Shown piece by piece: positions 1 through 8,436 of a stretch of 31,159 nucleotides of DNA. The notes under the pieces are model-generated. The model was not told the origin of the DNA. It did no database searches and worked only from the letters and a program-made list of their open reading frames with translations. The DNA comes from Elainellaceae cyanobacterium. Its GTDB lineage: Bacteria > Cyanobacteriota > Cyanobacteriia > CAZCXK01. The stretch's first letter is position 1; every line of letters begins with the position of its first letter. The stretch lies in contig JBNPEG010000189.1 of assembly GCA_051117555.1 (NCBI GenBank), forward strand, positions 1 to 31,159. Reading direction: 5' to 3'. The translations under genes and the position numbers were made by a program.

Positions 1-123
1 TAAAACGGGTCGAAAAGTTGCTGAAGATTTCAAAGCCAACATGAAGATTGTCTTCGATGAAGTTTTACCACAATGGAATTACACAGCCAAACCAGAATTA
101 CAGATTATTTAATTCCCGTTCCT
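1..123 (+). mobile_element. Right end of ISAzo13-family insertion sequence (transposase C-terminus 2..112 plus probable terminal inverted repeat)
   Basis: Frame 2 reads KTGRKVAEDFKANMKIVFDEVLPQWNYTAKPELQII* (stop 110-112), resembling the 'P.WNY' C-terminus of ISAzo13-type transposases. It is followed by TTATTTAATTCCCGTTCCT and TAAG, typical of such IS ends. Not listed in the ORF track. Confidence 0.72.
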
Positions 124-243
124 AAGCTATCTGGCTAAAGCTATATTACGTGTTGCTTGCGAAACGCAAGGTTCAAACCTTTACGATTGTGCAGGAGTCC
201 GCGAATGTGCACTGCAGTCTTGACGATGGCAATTCTGTCTTCG

Positions 244-347
244 CATTGGCATGTTCGTATGCCACGTTGTTAAAACAGCGCCAACATTGGCATGTTCGTG
301 CGTCACGTTGTTAAAACAGCGCCGACATTGACATATTCATGCGTCAC
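244..347. repeat. 41-bp tandem repeat, ~2.5 copies
   Basis: Units start at 244, 285 and 326 (CATTGGCATGTTCGTRYGYCACGTTGTTAAAACAGCGCCRA). The third, partial unit overlaps the NYN gene stop codon (337-339). Confidence 0.9.
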
Positions 348-1554
348 TTTGACTCTGAGCATTTTCAACTAACAGCTTGAACTGCTCTTTCGTGTAAGAG
401 GCAGTCAGCAGAGGAGCTATGATTTCAGGAGTAAAGGATATGTTGTGCAATTTACAAAGTTGAAGAAGTCGATGAACCAATACAGTATCTATCTTCTTTG
501 ACATAACGTTCTCTGACTCAGGCAAATCAGCCATTAGGATAGGTTCATCATTTTGCCTTTGAAGTTGTTGTGTTACGTAGCCAGCTTTGTAAAGCAAGTA
601 TATTACTGAACGGAGCTCTCCACGAGTTCGGTTATGCCCGAATGATTCGACTAAATATTCAAACTCTTCACTTCTTGTAAAACCCTCTTGAAAACGATTT
701 CTTAATTTTCCCAAAGCATTGCAGAGAAAGGATGGTTCACACAATCGCCAACCGCTTTTACGCAAGAGACGCTTATACAGGTTAATTGTAGGTTTTTCTA
801 AATTTTCCTCCGAATTTGTTGCGGTCGGAATAGACTCATCCCGTCTATCTCCAGTTTCCCTAGCTTTAGCATGCCAAGTTTGTTTTACTTGATATAGTTT
901 GACCGTCTCTGGAGAGCTTTGGAGAAATTTCATGAATCCACCAAATCCCAGGTTATGTTCATCAAACGCTGAATCAACTTCAAGCATCTCATTTTTTAGA
1001 GTGGAGAGACTTACACCATCTGGAAACTTATCAAGTACACGTTCCAGCAAATCCAGTGCGTCCTCACGTAACTGAGTCGTTTTTAAGGCAGAAGACTTGT
1101 CATCGGCAGTAGATTTTTCGTCAATATAGATAAATCGATTACAAGATTTCTTGACAGCTTCGCTGAGAGCAGATCGAGGTCCAACACCTACTACGGACTT
1201 GCCTAATTCTCTCAAACGTCTAAATAAAGGCGAAAAATCCGAATCGCCAGTGGCAAGAACAACCCATTCTAAATCAGGAATACGAGCCAAATACTCCATA
1301 ACATCGACTACAATTTGAATGTCAGCGGAGTTCTTGCCTTTTACTGGATGATAAACATGAACAAACTCGAAACCGAGCAGATTTAATTCTGGCTGACGTA
1401 CACTGACTGATGGGATGCTGAAATCTCCGTAGGCTCGGCGCACTACAACACGTCCTAACTCATTGGCACGCTCCAATAGTGCTTCCCCTCCATCTGCTTT
1501 CAGCCAGCTTGATAGGTTCTCGACATCTAGAAAGATTGCTACCTTTTCTGCCAT
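337..1554 (-). CDS. NYN (LabA/DUF88, PIN-like) domain protein with OST-HTH/LOTUS domain and C-terminal extension
   Basis: Motifs AIFLDVEN, RRAYGD, GKNSADIQIVVD and LATGDSDFSPLFRRLRELGKSVVGVG, plus LOTUS-like LSTLKNEMLEVDSAFDEHNLGFGGFMKFLQS. The ATG at 1554 (MAEKVAIF) is preferred over the TTG at 1617. Confidence 0.9.
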   Translation of the reverse strand: MAEKVAIFLDVENLSSWLKADGGEALLERANELGRVVVRRAYGDFSIPSVSVRQPELNLLGFEFVHVYHPVKGKNSADIQIVVDVMEYLARIPDLEWVVLATGDSDFSPLFRRLRELGKSVVGVGPRSALSEAVKKSCNRFIYIDEKSTADDKSSALKTTQLREDALDLLERVLDKFPDGVSLSTLKNEMLEVDSAFDEHNLGFGGFMKFLQSSPETVKLYQVKQTWHAKARETGDRRDESIPTATNSEENLEKPTINLYKRLLRKSGWRLCEPSFLCNALGKLRNRFQEGFTRSEEFEYLVESFGHNRTRGELRSVIYLLYKAGYVTQQLQRQNDEPILMADLPESENVMSKKIDTVLVHRLLQLCKLHNISFTPEIIAPLLTASYTKEQFKLLVENAQSQSDA

Positions 1555-1745
1555 TTGGGGTTTTGCTGAATGACTGCGTTTTAATGTTTCCCTTATAGCA
1601 ATTTGCAATTGCGTCAAGTACCGCTATAGCACATTGCAATGTGTGCTCATCGGTATGACAAATCCTGCAATGACAGCAGACACAGAAAAATCTTTGAGTA
1701 AAGCCATGATCGCACCGACCGTACACTTGCGTTAACTGCGTCAAG

Positions 1746-2255
1746 TTACTTGAGTATGAGCTGCATGAACACCACGTCAAGCCAGCGGTTAAACTTAAAG
1801 CCCACTTCCTTAAAGTGAGCCACTTGAACGAATCCAAACGATTGATGAAGTCGAATACTGGCCTGATTCATAGCATCGATCCCAGCAACGATCGCATGCA
1901 TGTTTTGGGCGTTTGCCTGCTCAATCAACGGGCTTAATAGCTGCTTCCCAACACCCTGACCCCGATGGTGAGGATGAACATACACAGAATTTTCAACCGT
2001 GTGCAAATACGCATCCCAGTCTCGGAATGCTCCGTAGGAACTAAACCCAATCACGTGTGCATTTGTCTCTGAATCCGTCTCTGCAACTAAAACTGGATAG
2101 TTGTGCTGCTGCTTCGCCTGAAACCATTCCAGTCGATTTGCTAGCGTGACCGGGTTATAACCGTAGACTGCCGTTGTGTTTCGAATGGCATCGTTGTAAA
2201 TCTCAAGAATACTCGGAAGATCATCGACGGTGGCAGCTCTAATATGAAGAGGCAT
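1746..2255 (-). CDS. GNAT N-acetyltransferase, phosphinothricin/methionine-sulfoximine acetyltransferase (Pat/YncA-like) family
   Basis: IYNDAIRNTTA, ENSVYVHPHHRGQGVGKQLL (acetyl-CoA motif A), NQASIRLHQSFGF, EVGFKFNRWLDVVFMQ. Confidence 0.92.
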   Translation of the reverse strand: MPLHIRAATVDDLPSILEIYNDAIRNTTAVYGYNPVTLANRLEWFQAKQQHNYPVLVAETDSETNAHVIGFSSYGAFRDWDAYLHTVENSVYVHPHHRGQGVGKQLLSPLIEQANAQNMHAIVAGIDAMNQASIRLHQSFGFVQVAHFKEVGFKFNRWLDVVFMQLILK

Positions 2256-2303
2256 AACGGAATCAGGTTTAATATGGGGTGCCGAGTTGCAGAGTAGAGG
2301 GAA

Positions 2304-2507
2304 TCAAGACGACAAGCGCGCCAATCGTGGTTGCGACTCTAGAGTTACTAAGCCACCCATGGCAGCCTTCTGAAGTGAACAAAATGCCCGAATCTCATCG
2401 GCCCCGTAGTGGGTCTGTTGCAGAAGATAGCGGAGCCGATTTTGGTCATCTAGAGACAAATACTTTGTTTCGACTGCACGTTCTACAATATCTTGAATCG
2501 AATCCAT
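2304..2507 (-). CDS. Small conserved cyanobacterial hypothetical protein (67 aa)
   Basis: ATG at 2507 gives MDSIQDIVERAVETKYLSLDDQNRLRYLLQQTHYGADEIRAFCSLQKAAMGGLVTLES. It resembles a recalled family of cyanobacterial mini-proteins (I.E.V..A...GYL....E..LR.LL...Y...D..AF..LQ.A.M.G.V..ES). Confidence 0.7.
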   Translation of the reverse strand: MDSIQDIVERAVETKYLSLDDQNRLRYLLQQTHYGADEIRAFCSLQKAAMGGLVTLESQPRLARLSS

Positions 2508-3372
2508 AAGCACCCCACACGCGTGAGCGATGTGTCGGCAATCGACATCTGATCGCTTGGGATTAGTGTCTAGGCTTCTTGCGGAGTCCGACACCCCCTA
2601 AGGATAGACTCTAGACAAATGGATTAAGCATCATAGGACTTACGCAAACCTTTATCGACGCTTGCAGCATCTCGCAGAGTCAAACGTGACTATATGAACA
2701 CTGTGCGTATTCAAAGAATAAGACTTTCCAAATATCTTCTGAATCGCTTTCTCAAACCTTTACCGATTCTCGTCATCTATCTGTCGACATAGTTATAGCA
2801 ACATAGTTTGGACACATCGATGAATACGGACGTGCAAAAACCAACGACTCCCCCCAAGAATTTCCAAAAAAATAGATAACTGAAACATTTTTGATGATCT
2901 TCTACTGATCTCTTAGTGATCTGACTAAATCGACAACCGGCTTCTCAAATCAAATTAATCGAGCTTTTGAGTAGAAAAATGAATAGACTCTGAGCAGATA
3001 TAATCCTATAAATGTATATGGGCATGAAGTTTTAAGGAGTTTTAGGGAACTTAGTCACTCAGTAGAAAGTCGATAAGCGATCTAGGCTTTTTTAGAAGCT
3101 CTCAGCTATCCGCCGCCTTTATTTGTTTCTTATTAAATACGACTAAATCCTTAAAATCTTTCCAAATTAGAGGGGTAATATTAAAAAATAAGTTGACCTT
3201 TCTCAAAGCACTTCACTAATATTAAAAGCGGTTAGTCTTTACTTTCCATCAGAATAAACTCTAAAAAAAATTAAATTCATCTTATTCTCAGAATTCAACG
3301 TACCCCGATTTTCAGAATGAATGCAGCATTTAATTTTGGTTCCTGAAAAAGCGTGTGGCATTGTGAGGTGTT

Positions 3373-4317
3373 ATGTCTCGAATCGTTGATCCGACCGTCC
3401 CAGCAGCCGAGTTTCCCAATGCCGAGGGCGGGCTTATTATTCAAGGCTTTGAAAATCAGCCTAATCGCTTCAATGGGTCGCTTAACAACGACACGATTAT
3501 TGGCGGCAATGCTGGTGATTCGGTAGACGGTGTTGACGGAGCAGACCTCATCTTCGGGCTAGGCGGGGACGATTTGTTGTTTGGAGGGCCTGGCGATGAC
3601 TTCATCGACGGCGGGGATGAAGCTGACATTATTCGAGGTGACGAGGGCGACGATCAGCTCTTTGGAGGGTTGAGTGACGACCTCCTGCAAGGGAATGCTG
3701 GCGACGACCGCATTCGCGGCGGGCAAGGCTCCGATGATTTGGAGGGTGCAGGCGGGAACGACCGATTGAGAGCGGGTGGCGGAACCGATAATGTTCGGGG
3801 TGGCGGCGGCGATGATTTGATCTTCGGGGGGCCTGGCAGCGATAGGATTCGCGGCGGCGGCGGTGCAGATGAAATTCGCGGCGGCGGCGGCCCCGACGAG
3901 ATTTTTGGTGGGGGCGGTCCTGATGAGATTCAAGCTAATGCAGGCCGGGACGATGTCCGGGGCGGCGGCGGCGATGACTTGATTGAGGGAGGGTTAGGTC
4001 CCGACGATTTGAGAGGAGGCCCAGGAGATGACACTCTCGTGGGTGGACGAGGGCAAGACACTCTCATCGGCGGTGGCGGATCAGATACGTTCCAATTTGA
4101 ATTCTTCACCGGAAATAATGGAGAGCCGCAGATTGGCCCAGTGGATGAGATTCGTGATTTTAGACCGGGTGAAGACGTGATTCGAATTGGCGGCATCAGC
4201 AATGATGCAGACGTCGTTTATGATCCGGAGACTGGGCTGCTATCGGTCAACGGCATCGATGTCGCTCGGCTCGATCGCAACTTGAATATCACCGATGATA
4301 ATTTTGAATTCTTCTAA
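3373..4317 (+). CDS. RTX/hemolysin-type Ca2+-binding repeat protein (probable type I secretion substrate / surface protein)
   Basis: More than 20 GGxGxD nonapeptide repeats. C-terminal DEIRDFRPGEDVI...DDNFEFF is typical of RTX C-terminal regions. RBS GAGGTG lies upstream of the ATG. Confidence 0.93.
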   Translation: MSRIVDPTVPAAEFPNAEGGLIIQGFENQPNRFNGSLNNDTIIGGNAGDSVDGVDGADLIFGLGGDDLLFGGPGDDFIDGGDEADIIRGDEGDDQLFGGLSDDLLQGNAGDDRIRGGQGSDDLEGAGGNDRLRAGGGTDNVRGGGGDDLIFGGPGSDRIRGGGGADEIRGGGGPDEIFGGGGPDEIQANAGRDDVRGGGGDDLIEGGLGPDDLRGGPGDDTLVGGRGQDTLIGGGGSDTFQFEFFTGNNGEPQIGPVDEIRDFRPGEDVIRIGGISNDADVVYDPETGLLSVNGIDVARLDRNLNITDDNFEFF

Positions 4318-4351
4318 TAATTACAGCGATCCTACATCGCGTGTGAATTGT

Positions 4352-4391
4352 GTGTGAGCGGTGGGGCGGGCGACGGCTCCACCGCTCACAC
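4352..4391 (+). terminator. Strong GC-rich stem-loop 3' of the RTX gene (terminator or mRNA-stabilising hairpin)
   Basis: GTGTGAGCGGTGGGGC...GCTCCACCGCTCACAC forms a 16-bp stem with one G-U pair and a possible GCGA tetraloop. No U-tract follows on the + strand. Confidence 0.6.
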
Positions 4392-4454
4392 CCCATCTAG
4401 GATTGCTATATTGAGCGTCCAATTTAAGTCAATTGCTGATTTGCGTGCTAGCAA

Positions 4455-6968
4455 ATGACCGGGAATGCATCTATCCAGACACCTCAAGCCCATGATACAT
4501 GCCACCAAGCCTCTGGGGATGCATCGTCCTACGAGTCACTGGGCATGGCACTGCATCGACAGGGGAAATGGGATGCGGCCATTGATTGCTACTGCCAGGC
4601 GATCGCCCGTCAACCTAGTGCTCCGCGCTACTTTAATCTAGGCGTTGTCTACGATCAGCGGGGGCAACTTGATGAAGCGGTGCGGTGCTATTGTCAGGCG
4701 ATCGCCCTAGCACCCGATTACACAAATGCCTACAGTAATTTAGGCTGTGTCTGGCTAAAGCAGGGCAAACTCAGCGATGCGATCGGTATTTTTCAACAGG
4801 CGATCGCTCGTATGCCCACTGCCTCGCTGCACAACAATTTGGGGCAAGCGCTGTCGGCGGACGGGCAGCTTGATGCTGCGATTGCGGCGTATCGCCATGC
4901 TATTCACATCCAGCCTGATTTAGCCCAGGCTCATTTCAATCTAGGATGCCTCTGGCAACAGCAGCGGCATTATTCAGAAGCGATCGCCTGCTTTGAGAAA
5001 GTGATTCAGCATGAGCCAGATTGGGTCGCCGCCTATAGTCGGTATGGGCAACTCTTGTTTGACCAAGGATGTATCTCTCAGGCGATGACCTATTGGCAGC
5101 AGGCGATCGCCCGTCAGCCTGCCTTTGTCGATGCCTATTGCCAGCGCCTTGATTCCACCGCGCAGTCGTCTGATGCGCTTGACCAAGCGAGAGCCGCATG
5201 TGTGCGGTTTCTGACTGCCTTGCGCCGCACGCCGATGGGCAAGGAGGCATCCCACTATCTGGCCCAAACCTATGATCGCCTCGGCGATCTGCTTGCGAGC
5301 TATGGCGGCACTGAACAGGCAGAAGCCTATTACCGCAAAGCCCTTCAAGTCGAGCCTCACACAGTCGAGCTTTATCCCAAGCTTGGAGACTGTCTTGCTC
5401 GCCAGCAGCGATTTAATGCGGCATTGATGGTCTATCACATCGCGCTGATGCAGCAGCCCAACTATCCTGGGCTTCGGGCCCGAATCGGGTATAGCCTCGA
5501 ACAGCAGCAGCGATTTCAGCAGGCAATTGGTTACTATCAAACTGAGCTGCGATCGCCCGCCCCAAAGCATACTGCCAATATCTTCTCAGACACAAACTCC
5601 TCGTCTTCCTTCGAGGTTCCGGCTCGCATCTATGGGGCAACTCGTGCTTGGGTTGCTACAACGAAACAGGACGGAGTGACCTATGTGCCTGTCGTTTGGG
5701 GGAGCGGGCAGCGCTTAGATATTCCGACAGGCGATCGCGTGCAAGTCCGTGATAGGCGAAATGCGAATGACATAGAATTTGATACAACAGACTGCATTCT
5801 GCTAGATTCGCCATCCGATGCTCTATCCGATCCCCAGTGCGGCGGAGTGACGTGCCAACCCTGCATGGCGCGTCTTCGTAGCGAGTTCGAGCCAGTTCAG
5901 GTCCGAGACGGGGTATATCGCTGTTCTCGAACAACGCCGCTCGACGGGCTACATCCGTCGCCCCATCCGCCGACCTTTGTGGTGACCATTCCAAACGGGC
6001 GAGCCTGGATCGCGCCGCAGCAAAATTCGTGGATGGTTTGCAACGGCATCGCGATTATCACACCGGATGGCGCGCTGTTATCCGATCTCTCTAGGAGCTA
6101 TCCCTGGTATTTGCCGGGGTGCGATCGCCACGATCCAAGACGGCATCGATTCTTTCAACTCGATAATCCTCCTCCTGTTGAACACATCTCCGGACGAGTT
6201 GCTGTCTTATCCGGGCTTTCGGGACATGTTTACTACCACTGGATGGTCGATGTGCTCCCCCGGATTGAAATCTTGCGTCGAAGCAAACTGGACTTGACTG
6301 AGATCGACTATTTTGTGGTAAACAACATCAATCAGTCATTTCAGCGAGATACGCTAGCGATGCTTGGACTCTCACCCAAGAAACTTATTTGCAGCGATCG
6401 CCATCCCCATATCCAGGCGGATGAGTTGGTCGTGCCATCCTTTCCAGGGCATCTAGACTGGGTGCCTTTAGAAACGTTGACTGTCGTACGGCAGATGTTT
6501 GCAAAAGCAGTCGATTCTGCTCCAGATTCTGCGCCGACAGATTACCCCAAACGACTATATATCAGCCGATCAAAGGCTCGGTATCGTCACGTCTTAAACG
6601 AAACGGAGCTAATCGAACAACTCCAACCCCTTGGCTTTGTGCCCATTGTATTAGAGTCGTTGCCCGTCAACCGTCAAATCGAGCTATTTGCTCATGCCGA
6701 TATCATCGTTTCGCCCCACGGCGCCGGACTCACCAACCTCATATTTTGCAAAACCGGAACTCAAGTGGTCGAACTGACCTCGCCCCGCTACGTCCGTACC
6801 GATTACTGGGTGATTAGCCATCAACTGGGACTATCTCACTATTTCATCCAGGGAGAAAGATTTGAATGTGATCCGCTGAGGCAAATTATGTACCAAAATC
6901 CGCTCACCGAAGATATCCTGATATCCAAACAGTCTCTACATGCTGTCATGCAGTCCTTGGCTCTATGA
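4455..6968 (+). CDS. TPR-repeat protein fused to DUF563/GT61-family glycosyltransferase
   Basis: About 9 TPRs at the N-terminus. C-terminal YYHWMVDVLPR, RLYISRSKARYRHVLNE and IIVSPHGAGLTNLIFC are GT61/DUF563 signatures. Confidence 0.9.
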   Translation: MTGNASIQTPQAHDTCHQASGDASSYESLGMALHRQGKWDAAIDCYCQAIARQPSAPRYFNLGVVYDQRGQLDEAVRCYCQAIALAPDYTNAYSNLGCVWLKQGKLSDAIGIFQQAIARMPTASLHNNLGQALSADGQLDAAIAAYRHAIHIQPDLAQAHFNLGCLWQQQRHYSEAIACFEKVIQHEPDWVAAYSRYGQLLFDQGCISQAMTYWQQAIARQPAFVDAYCQRLDSTAQSSDALDQARAACVRFLTALRRTPMGKEASHYLAQTYDRLGDLLASYGGTEQAEAYYRKALQVEPHTVELYPKLGDCLARQQRFNAALMVYHIALMQQPNYPGLRARIGYSLEQQQRFQQAIGYYQTELRSPAPKHTANIFSDTNSSSSFEVPARIYGATRAWVATTKQDGVTYVPVVWGSGQRLDIPTGDRVQVRDRRNANDIEFDTTDCILLDSPSDALSDPQCGGVTCQPCMARLRSEFEPVQVRDGVYRCSRTTPLDGLHPSPHPPTFVVTIPNGRAWIAPQQNSWMVCNGIAIITPDGALLSDLSRSYPWYLPGCDRHDPRRHRFFQLDNPPPVEHISGRVAVLSGLSGHVYYHWMVDVLPRIEILRRSKLDLTEIDYFVVNNINQSFQRDTLAMLGLSPKKLICSDRHPHIQADELVVPSFPGHLDWVPLETLTVVRQMFAKAVDSAPDSAPTDYPKRLYISRSKARYRHVLNETELIEQLQPLGFVPIVLESLPVNRQIELFAHADIIVSPHGAGLTNLIFCKTGTQVVELTSPRYVRTDYWVISHQLGLSHYFIQGERFECDPLRQIMYQNPLTEDILISKQSLHAVMQSLAL

Positions 6969-6978
6969 CTCGATAACC

Positions 6979-8436
6979 ATGCATACCCATGTCTTAAACG
7001 ATGCAATTACTGCGTGTGAGCAAGCCCTACAGCCCCCCTTCAGGTCGGCTGAATTTATGTCAGCCTGCCAACGACTCGGCAATATGCTTCAGGGCATGGG
7101 GCGATTTGAAGATGCAACCCTGTGGCATACGCAGGCATCATCGGTTCAACCCAATTTGGCACAGGTCTATGCAGGCGTTGGACGAATTTATATTTTGCAG
7201 CAGCAGTGGCAAGCGGCAGCGGATGCTTTTCAGAAGACTCTCAGCCACGATCCGCGCTTCGCAGAAGCCTATTGGAAACTGGGTTCAATCGCGGTGCAAG
7301 TGGGGCAACGCGATCGCGCCTTGATGTATTGGTATCATGCTCTTGCACTAGAGCCGCGCAAATCAACGACCGACGGGCATGTCAGGCTGGGCAACTCATT
7401 ATTCAAAATTGGACGCATTGATCAAGCACTGATATGTTATCGTCGAGCCATTCAACTAGACGCTAACTACGCCCCCGCCTATCAGCAGATGGCTCAGGTC
7501 ATGACACACCAGGATCGGTGGGAGGATGCGATCGCCCTTTATCAATACGCTATCAACCATGCCACCAATCCAGGATGGGCATATTACGAATTGGGCAACC
7601 TGTTTCGCCACCGTGGACACATCGACGACGCAATCTCCGCATTTCAGCACTCGATTGACCACGACCCTGGCTATCCGTGGGCGCGCCACGACTGGGTTGA
7701 ACTACTGCTGGCGCGAGGTGACTGGCAGGAAGCGATCGCGCTTTCTCGCGCCACGATTGCCAACCATCCTCATCCGTGGGCACATACGCAACTAGGTCGG
7801 GCTCTAGCGAGCAGTGGTGATCGGTTGGGGGCGATCGCGGCTCATCAAATGGCGTGCGACCTGCGAGGCTGGCACGCCTGCAAACAACGAGACTATCAGT
7901 TTACGCAAGACTGGTTTTCTCACAACATTCCTATTTGGGTTGACCATCTCCAGAAACTGGTGAATACACCCGATGTTCAAGCATTAGAAATCGGCAGCTT
8001 TCAAGGCATGTCTGCCTGCTGGCTGTTAGATCAGGTGCTAACCCATTCATCTGCTCGTCTTACCTGCATTGATCCCCTCTTTCAGCCTGAATTTGATCTC
8101 AATCTTGCAAAGACAGATGCATCCAATCGGGTCACCCGCTTAGTCGGGAATTCTCATCAAATTTTGCCAACCTTGCCCCCCCAGTCATTTGACCTCATTT
8201 ATATTGATGGGTGTCATCTCGCGGACTACGTTTGGCAGGATGGAACCCTGTCCTGGAGTCTCCTTAAGCCCGGAGGAATTCTAATCTTTGATGACTACCA
8301 TTGGTCTGATCCCAACTGTCCGGGACAAGACCCCAAAATCGGCATTGATCGGTTTTTAGAGTCTGTTCAATCGCACGTTCATATTTTGCATCACGACTAT
8401 CAGATCATTGCCCAGAAGGCATCTACACCATGTTAA
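6979..8436 (+). CDS. TPR-repeat protein fused to class I SAM methyltransferase (Methyltransf_24-like)
   Basis: N-terminal TPRs, then FTQDWFSHNIPIW, LEIGSFQGMSA, FDLIYIDGCH and LKPGGILIFDDY. ATG 6979 lies 10 nt after the upstream stop and is preferred over 6940. Confidence 0.88.
   Translation: MHTHVLNDAITACEQALQPPFRSAEFMSACQRLGNMLQGMGRFEDATLWHTQASSVQPNLAQVYAGVGRIYILQQQWQAAADAFQKTLSHDPRFAEAYWKLGSIAVQVGQRDRALMYWYHALALEPRKSTTDGHVRLGNSLFKIGRIDQALICYRRAIQLDANYAPAYQQMAQVMTHQDRWEDAIALYQYAINHATNPGWAYYELGNLFRHRGHIDDAISAFQHSIDHDPGYPWARHDWVELLLARGDWQEAIALSRATIANHPHPWAHTQLGRALASSGDRLGAIAAHQMACDLRGWHACKQRDYQFTQDWFSHNIPIWVDHLQKLVNTPDVQALEIGSFQGMSACWLLDQVLTHSSARLTCIDPLFQPEFDLNLAKTDASNRVTRLVGNSHQILPTLPPQSFDLIYIDGCHLADYVWQDGTLSWSLLKPGGILIFDDYHWSDPNCPGQDPKIGIDRFLESVQSHVHILHHDYQIIAQKASTPC

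Noticed and set aside
244..347. CRISPR mini-array interpretation of the 41-bp repeat
   Set aside because: The units are contiguous, with no spacers.
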